The notes under the pieces: generated by a model | Database searches by the model: none | What the model saw: the letters and a program-made list of their open reading frames with translations, nothing else | Told to the model about the DNA's origin: nothing | Part shown: positions 6,347 through 11,304 of the stretch, in pieces | Layout of the letters: each line of letters begins with the position of its first letter | Position numbering within the stretch: the stretch's first letter is position 1 | From: a plasmid | Assembly (NCBI RefSeq): GCF_057098645.1 | Contig: NZ_JBXSPU010000004.1 | Direction: 5' to 3' (one strand) | Length of the DNA stretch: 11,304 nucleotides | Program-made: the position numbers and the translations under genes

Positions 6347-6633
6347 TTTCTCTTTAGAGAGTAATATATGAAACTTGGCAATCCTACTGGGATTGCCATT
6401 AATAAATAAAACAATGCAGATAACTTGCATAAATACCAGGGCTCTTTTTTAAATTTTGTATTTTCTTTGATATATCTAGATATGGTTAATTTAGAGTATG
6501 GATATAGCAATACATGTATTGACGATATAAAGACAAATAACAAAGGAGTGTTATCATGGTCGTTAAATATTAAAATAAGAATCCAGGGTATAAGTGATTC
6601 AGGTAAATTATGTAGGTAGTATTTTAAATGCAT
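6343..6633 (-). CDS. cti: Colicin immunity protein, E1-type integral membrane protein (96 aa)
   Basis: Convergent with the colicin gene and overlapping its stop. [10 protein letters not shown]...[22 protein letters not shown]...[14 protein letters not shown] parallels the colicin E1 Imm protein (MSLRYYIKNI...[22 protein letters not shown]...LVLAIPFGLLGLFI). Confidence 0.85.
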   Translation of the reverse strand: MHLKYYLHNLPESLIPWILILIFNDHDNTPLLFVFISSIHVLLYPYSKLTISRYIKENTKFKKEPWYLCKLSALFYLLMAIPVGLPSFIYYSLKRN

Positions 6634-6662
6634 AAGTATTTTTACTTTTGTTGGAGAGGGAT

Positions 6663-6794
6663 ATGAAAATAATAATTTTTCTAATTACAATATTATTCTT
6701 GTCAGGATGTCAAGCAAACTATATTCGTGATGTACAAGGAGGAACCGTTGCGCCATCTTCGTCTTCTGAACTGACGGGGATCGCGGTTCAGTAG
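6663..6794 (+). CDS. ctl: Colicin lysis (bacteriocin release) lipoprotein, 43 aa
   Basis: Not in the ORF track. Translates to [43 protein letters not shown] with lipobox LSGC; the mature part is essentially identical to the ColE1 Kil mature sequence as I recall it. GGAGAGGG Shine-Dalgarno upstream. Confidence 0.85.
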   Translation: MKIIIFLITILFLSGCQANYIRDVQGGTVAPSSSSELTGIAVQ

Positions 6795-6802
6795 AAAAGA
6801 TC

Positions 6803-6828
6803 AAAGGATCTCTTGAGATCCTTTTTTT
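6803..6828 (+). terminator. Intrinsic terminator after the lysis gene, overlapping the RNA II promoter -35
   Basis: aaaggatct-cttg-agatccttt: 9-bp perfect stem followed by TTTTTTT; same arrangement as in pMB1/ColE1. Confidence 0.7.
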
Positions 6829-6841
6829 CTGCGCGTAATCT
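6813..6841 (+). promoter_or_regulatory. RNA II (replication primer) promoter
   Basis: TTGAGA at 6813-6818 and TAATCT at 6836-6841 with 17-bp spacing, positionally equivalent to the pBR322 RNA II promoter. Confidence 0.55.
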
Positions 6842-6848
6842 GCTGCCT

Positions 6849-6957
6849 GTAAACGAAAAAACCGCCTGGGGAGGCGGTTTAGTCAAAGGTTAAGTCAGTT
6901 GGGGAACAGCTTAACCGGGTAACTGGCTTCAGCAGAGCGCAGATACCAAAAACTTGT
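6849..6957 (-). ncRNA. RNA I antisense copy-number regulator
   Basis: Antisense to the 5' ~110 nt of RNA II; its 5' end corresponds to the complement of cagataccaaaaacttgt (pBR322 RNA I begins ACAGTATTTGGTATCTG); three-stem-loop region. Ends approximate. Confidence 0.65.
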
Positions 6958-7478
6958 CCTTCTAGTGTAGTCAAAATCAGGCTGATACTTCAAGAACTCT
7001 GTTACTAACTTATAAATCTCGCTCTGCTAACCCGGTTACCAATGGCTGCTGCCAGTGGCGTTAAGTCGTGTCCTTTCCGGGTTGGACCCAAGAGAACAGT
7101 TACCGGAGAAGGCGCAGCAGTCGGGCTGAACGGGGGGTTCCTGCATACAGCCCGGCCCGGAGCGAACTGCCTAAGTCGCCCCGAGATACCAGAAGACGTG
7201 AGCTATGAGAAAGCGCCACGTGTCCCGCAAGGGAGAAAGGCGGAAAAGGTATCCGGCAATCGATATGGCGGGAACGTGGGGGCGCAGGAGGGAGCGATTC
7301 ACCGGAAACGGTGATGATCTTTAAGCCACGTCGGGTTTCGCCACCGCTGGCGGATTTCATGGTTGAGTCGGAAGACTCCCACAGATGCACCTAAAAAGTG
7401 TCTGTTTTGTGAAGTCCGTCAGGGGGGCGGAGCCTATGGAAAAAGCGCCTCCGGCGCGGCCTTTCGGGGTTTTCGTTT
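6849..7478 (+). ncRNA. RNA II primer precursor through the replication origin of a ColE1-type replicon
   Basis: Collinear with pBR322 RNA II/ori as recalled (ggtaactggcttcagcagagcgcagatacc..., gctatgagaaagcgccacg..., gtcaggggggcggagcctatggaaaaa..., ctcacatgttctttcc), but with many substitutions and an extra segment near 7330-7410. Ends approximate. Confidence 0.7.
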
Positions 7479-7515
7479 CTTGCTCACATGTTCTTTCCGG
7501 CGTTATCCCCTGATT

Positions 7516-7553
7516 GGGGTTCCGTGGGAATTTCTGCGATAACACCCGCTAAG
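7516..7553 (+). repeat. Left 38-bp terminal inverted repeat (IRL)
   Basis: GGGGTTCCGTGGGAATTTCTGCGATAACACCCGCTAAG. Confidence 0.85.
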
Positions 7554-7699
7554 CGATTCCTCCCTGACGGAAATCACTTGTTTTCCGTCAGGTCCTGCAG
7601 TTGAAGAAAATTGAATCCATAAATCTGTGATTTTTTGCGTGACAAACCCTGTCGGAATGAGAAACTGTACGGAAACTTCAATTTTAAGGTTTGTCGTAC
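7554..7699 (+). promoter_or_regulatory. res site (resolvase binding subsites) and tnpR promoter region
   Basis: 30-bp palindrome cctgacggaaa-tcacttgt-tttccgtcagg at 7563-7592, plus further TGTCGGAA / TGTACGGAA / TGTCGTACA half-sites at 7648-7700, between IRL and tnpR. Confidence 0.55.
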
Positions 7700-8323
7700 A
7701 TGTTGATTGGTTATATGCGGGTATCAAGCAATGATGAACGTCAGTCAGTTTCTTTGCAGCGTGATGCGTTGATTGCTGCTGGAGTGGATCCCCGGCATTT
7801 ACATCAGGATCATGCTTCAGGTGCTCGTGATAATCGCCCGGGACTTAAGTCCTGTCTCGCTGAACTTCGCGAAGGTGATGTACTGATAGTCTGGAAACTG
7901 GATCGACTTGGTCGTTCACTCTCACATTTGCTCCGAATTATTGAAGACCTGAAAATTCGTGGTATTGCTTTCCGATCATTGACTGAATCTATTGATACAA
8001 CAACGCCACACGGCTCGTTCCTCTTTAACCTTTTTGGCACGCTCGCGGAGTACGAAAGAACACTTATCACAGAACGCGTTAATGCTGGTCTGGCTGCTGC
8101 TCTCCGGCGGGGGAGAAAAGGCGGAAGGCCACCGGCGATAGATGCTGAAAAGGTTGATCAAATCCTCGCAGCTCTGGAAGGAGGTGCCAGTAAAGCGTCA
8201 GTATGTCGCGCATTCAGTGTGCCACGCTCAACGCTCACCGATACTCTACGACGAATTGGCTGGGCCGGACCTGGGGGGCGTAATCTGACAACGGATCAGA
8301 GCAATGTCATTTCTCGACTCTAA
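7700..8323 (+). CDS. tnpR: Serine recombinase (resolvase), Hin/Gin invertase-like
   Basis: MLIGYMRVSSNDERQ...RPGLK...GDVLIVWKLDRLGRS...GIAFRSLTESIDTTTP...GRKGGRPPA parallels Gin (MLIGYVRVSTNDQ...GDTLVVWKLDRLGRSM...GINFRSLTDSIDTSSP...GRIGGRPPK) as recalled. I place the start at ATG 7700 (AAGG about 10 nt upstream); the ORF track starts at an upstream TTG, 7691. Confidence 0.85.
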   Translation: MLIGYMRVSSNDERQSVSLQRDALIAAGVDPRHLHQDHASGARDNRPGLKSCLAELREGDVLIVWKLDRLGRSLSHLLRIIEDLKIRGIAFRSLTESIDTTTPHGSFLFNLFGTLAEYERTLITERVNAGLAAALRRGRKGGRPPAIDAEKVDQILAALEGGASKASVCRAFSVPRSTLTDTLRRIGWAGPGGRNLTTDQSNVISRL

Positions 8324-11270
8324 ATCGTACGATACGCTTTTTGGATTACCTGAACTTTATGAGGATGCACTTCCCCGGTTTTCGCTCTCCTGCGAGGATA
8401 TTGCATTCGCCAGAACTCATCGTCGATCTCATAACCGTCTGGGTTTTGCCATTCAGCTTGCACTTGTCCGTGATCTCGGTCGTACACTGCGTGCAGGAGA
8501 GATTCCCCCGGAGGCTGTTATCACCGTTGTTGCGGAACAACTGGATATTGACCCTGCTGTTTTTACACTTTACGCACAACGTGAGGAAACCCGCCGGGAA
8601 CATGCCCGCGAAATAGTTTCGGCTTTGGAGCTTCGTTCCGTCCGGAGTAGCGATTACAGAATGCTCATTATCGCGGCTACACGCGAAGCAGCAACCACCG
8701 AAAAAGGACTGCCGATCACCAGAGCAGTTATCAATAAGCTGAAGGACCAGAAGTTACTTGCCCCTGCTCCGGCACAACTCATCCGTCTGGCAATGGCGGG
8801 CCGGGCGGCTGCCCGTCGCCTTTCTTATCGGGAACTCATCAGGGATCTGAAACCTTCATCCATTAGCGCTCTCGAGCAGTTGCTTACCGAACGAGTCGGA
8901 GAAAAGAGCATTTTAGGCTGGATAGCTGAAGCGCCGGAAGGCGTGAAACTCAAGAATCTTAAGGGGTTAATTGCCAGGCTGGAGGTATTACGAACAGCGG
9001 CAATCTCCGATGAGCAACGTAAACGGATTCATGTAAACCGTTACGGTATTATTGCCCGGGATTCTCGCGTTTTACATGCGCGTGAAATACAACGAATGGC
9101 ATCCGAACGCTGTCATGCCACGCTGGTAGCCTTTGTTATTGAAAAGCAGGCAGCAATTACAGATCTGGCAATTGATATGTTCTGCAAATTGATTGGCAGC
9201 ACGAGGCGCAGAGCAGAGATAAGCCAGAAAGAGCGTCGTCTGAAAGCCGCTGAAGTACTTGAAGTCGTAGCTCAGGATCATATTAAGTTGGGACGGGCTC
9301 TCCTGGCAGCACGTGACGGTAATACTGATATTGAATCTGTAATAACAGCATCACTCGGCTGGGAAGGTTTGATTGCCAGTATGGAGGCTGCAGCTTCGGT
9401 GGCATCTTCCCATCACTGTTCTGAACTGGATGAACTTATCGGACGACAAAAATCATTACGTAAGCTTGGACGACTCATTTTCAGCGCTTTTTCTTTCAGA
9501 GCTTTTCGCCCGGATGATAGCGTTTTGTTGGCGATTGGGTATTTGCAGGCGTTCTATCATGGCCGAAAATTACCCAAACAAATTCCGCTCGATTTTATGT
9601 CCCATAAATGGCGACGTCGTGTCATCCATGGAGAAAATACCGATCTGCAGGCGTGGGAAGTCGCCGTATTCGTTCATTTGCGGGAACGCCTGAAAACAGG
9701 TGACATATGGGTTGATGGTAGTCGGGCCTGGCGTAGTTTTGAGGACTACCTTCTTCCTCACCATGTTTTCGGGCAGATGCGGGCAGAATCCCGGCTGGGA
9801 CTTGCCATTCCGGACAACTTTGCTGAATGGCGGGCTGAGCGAACCACCACACTCAACGCAAAACTGAAAGCGCTGGCAAAAGCTGCTTCGGAGAATGCCA
9901 TACCCGATGCAGAACTTTCCAGCAGAGGGTTGTCTGTGTCTCCGATTCGCGAAGAAGAGAGCGACAAAATTAAGGCTCTCAGCCGTAAACTCTACATGCT
10001 GGTACCACGCATCAGAATTACCAGTTTGCTGGCAGAAGTTCATAGCTGGACCAGTTTTCTTGATTGTTTCACCCATTATCGCACCGGGGAACAGGCGGAA
10101 GATGAAGCTGCACTTATGGCTGCGATCCTTGCCGATGCGACGAATGCGGGAGCAGAACGGATGGCGCAGAGTTCCCGGGGTGTCACCATTCACCAGATGA
10201 TGGTAATGATGGATCGTCATTTACGCACTGAAACCTATGCGTCTGCCACATCAGTTCTGGTCGATGCGCAACAGGAACATCCTTTTGCTGCTATATGGGG
10301 GGATGGGCATGTGTCATCCTCGGACGGGCAGTTTTTTCCTGCGGGTGGACGAGGAGAAGCCAGCCTCGAATATAACGCCAAATACGGCAAACGACCTGGC
10401 GCGTCGATTTATGGTTTTTTATCGAACCGTTTTGCATCCTTTTTTTCCAGAATGATTCAGGCCTCTGAAAGCGAGGCTCCCTACGTACTTGACGGCTTAC
10501 TTCATAACGAAAGTTCTGTGGTAATTCATGAGCATGCCACCGATACAGCCGGTGCGACTGAAACAACATTTTCAATGTTTCACTCTTTTGGTTACAGACT
10601 CATACCCCGTATTCGCAACCTCGGCAGTCGCAGGTTGTACGTTATTTCCCCCTCAGAGGAATATAAACCACTTGATGCCCTGATCGCCGGAAAGGCCAAA
10701 ATGGAAGTAATAGAACAGCACTGGGATGAAGTTCTGCGGCTTAAGGCCTCGATCGGCGCTGGTCTGGTACCACCATCGGTAATACTGAAAAAGCTGGCAG
10801 CATCTCCGAGACAAAACAGGCTCAATCTGGCCCTGCGTGAAATGGGACGTATTGAACGCTCAATTTTTATCTGTGACTGGTTGCTTGACACTCGGTTACG
10901 TCGCAGATCACACGCAATCCTCAACAAAGGCGAAAGCCGCCATGCACTTGCCCGCGCTATTTTTCTTCACCAACTGGGCGAATTCCGGAACAGGGCTGCC
11001 GAGACAATGGCTCACAGGGCATCGGGCCTCAACCTTGTTGTTAATGCAATAATTCTGTGGAACACGGTCTATCTCAGTCGGGCTGTTGATTACATTCGCA
11101 GCCAGGGGATCATTATACCGGAAGAGCTCTTGTCCAGTGTATCACCACTACCATGGGGTCATATCTCGCTCACTGGAGATTACCTGTGGAACGAAATTGA
11201 CCATCCCCTTGAACGATACAGGCCACTTCGTACTAATCGCTTCAATCCAAAGAACTTCACTTTTCCTTAG
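8304..11270 (+). CDS. tnpA: Tn3-family DDE transposase (988 aa)
   Basis: HNRLGFAIQLALVRDLG, NKGESRHALARAIFLHQLGEFRNR and NAIILWNTVYLSRAVDYIRSQG mirror Tn3 TnpA motifs (HNRLGIALQIGCVRFLG, NRGESRHAVARAICHGQKGEIRKR, NAVVLWNTIYMQAALDHLRAQG). Overlaps the tnpR 3' end by 20 nt. Confidence 0.93.
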   Translation: MSFLDSKSYDTLFGLPELYEDALPRFSLSCEDIAFARTHRRSHNRLGFAIQLALVRDLGRTLRAGEIPPEAVITVVAEQLDIDPAVFTLYAQREETRREHAREIVSALELRSVRSSDYRMLIIAATREAATTEKGLPITRAVINKLKDQKLLAPAPAQLIRLAMAGRAAARRLSYRELIRDLKPSSISALEQLLTERVGEKSILGWIAEAPEGVKLKNLKGLIARLEVLRTAAISDEQRKRIHVNRYGIIARDSRVLHAREIQRMASERCHATLVAFVIEKQAAITDLAIDMFCKLIGSTRRRAEISQKERRLKAAEVLEVVAQDHIKLGRALLAARDGNTDIESVITASLGWEGLIASMEAAASVASSHHCSELDELIGRQKSLRKLGRLIFSAFSFRAFRPDDSVLLAIGYLQAFYHGRKLPKQIPLDFMSHKWRRRVIHGENTDLQAWEVAVFVHLRERLKTGDIWVDGSRAWRSFEDYLLPHHVFGQMRAESRLGLAIPDNFAEWRAERTTTLNAKLKALAKAASENAIPDAELSSRGLSVSPIREEESDKIKALSRKLYMLVPRIRITSLLAEVHSWTSFLDCFTHYRTGEQAEDEAALMAAILADATNAGAERMAQSSRGVTIHQMMVMMDRHLRTETYASATSVLVDAQQEHPFAAIWGDGHVSSSDGQFFPAGGRGEASLEYNAKYGKRPGASIYGFLSNRFASFFSRMIQASESEAPYVLDGLLHNESSVVIHEHATDTAGATETTFSMFHSFGYRLIPRIRNLGSRRLYVISPSEEYKPLDALIAGKAKMEVIEQHWDEVLRLKASIGAGLVPPSVILKKLAASPRQNRLNLALREMGRIERSIFICDWLLDTRLRRRSHAILNKGESRHALARAIFLHQLGEFRNRAAETMAHRASGLNLVVNAIILWNTVYLSRAVDYIRSQGIIIPEELLSSVSPLPWGHISLTGDYLWNEIDHPLERYRPLRTNRFNPKNFTFP

Positions 11271-11303
11271 CGTGTGTTATCGCAGAAATGCCCACGGAAC
11301 CCC
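11266..11303 (-). repeat. Right 38-bp terminal inverted repeat (IRR)
   Basis: Reverse complement reads GGGGTTCCGTGGGCATTTCTGCGATAACACACGCTAAG; differs from IRL at positions 14 and 31. Confidence 0.85.
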
Positions 11304-11304
11304 T

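Larger units (their letters stand above)
7516..11303 (+). mobile_element. Minimal Tn3-family transposon (IRL-res-tnpR-tnpA-IRR, 3788 bp, no passenger genes); possibly Tn5403-like, unverified
   Basis: 38-bp terminal inverted repeats (36/38 identical) starting GGGG; tnpR and tnpA co-oriented; tnpA stop inside IRR; flanking 5-bp duplication TGATT at 7511-7515 and at 11304 plus 1-4. Confidence 0.85.

Noticed and set aside
6037-6619. ORFs 6037..6279(-) and 6425..6619(+)
   Set aside because: Antisense frames within the colicin channel domain and the immunity gene respectively; AT-rich frame artefacts.
7042-7727. ORFs 7042..7314(+), 7100..7390(-), 7357..7545(-) and 7503..7727(-)
   Set aside because: They lie within RNA II/ori and across the transposon IRL/res site, which are conserved non-coding regions.
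7810-10927. ORFs inside or antisense to tnpR and tnpA (for example 7810..8070(-), 8341..8616(+), 9570..10220(-), 10592..10927(-))
   Set aside because: All are embedded in the two recombinase genes, which are supported by strong motif conservation; a typical consequence of GC-rich coding sequence.
11266-11304. Window end considered as a truncated transposon
   Set aside because: The right IR is complete (38 bp), tnpA has its stop codon, and the flanking base plus window positions 1-4 reproduce the TGATT duplication; the element is intact and the apparent truncation is just the linearisation point.

Overview
The window reads as an ~11.3-kb ColE1-type colicin plasmid, probably complete and circular, because the 5-bp target duplication of a Tn3-family transposon is split across the two window ends. 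All identifications are from reading the sequence and recalling family sequences; no searches were run. Supported content: an E1-family pore-forming colicin operon (colicin 10-like activity gene with SOS promoter, convergent immunity gene, a 43-codon lysis lipoprotein gene missing from the ORF track), the RNA II/RNA I replicon, rop, a bom nick region and a cer XerCD site. A 3.8-kb minimal Tn3-family transposon (38-bp IRs, res, invertase-like tnpR, tnpA) sits between ori and its DnaA box. The most unusual part is 540-3300, where mob genes are expected: it is ORF-poor and packed with phased 11-bp repeats, tandem hairpin/A-tract units, and a 204-bp Tn3-type miniature element with its own 5-bp duplication. 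Three small genes of unknown function (lipoprotein, secreted coiled-coil protein, small HTH-like protein) lie between cer and the colicin promoter.
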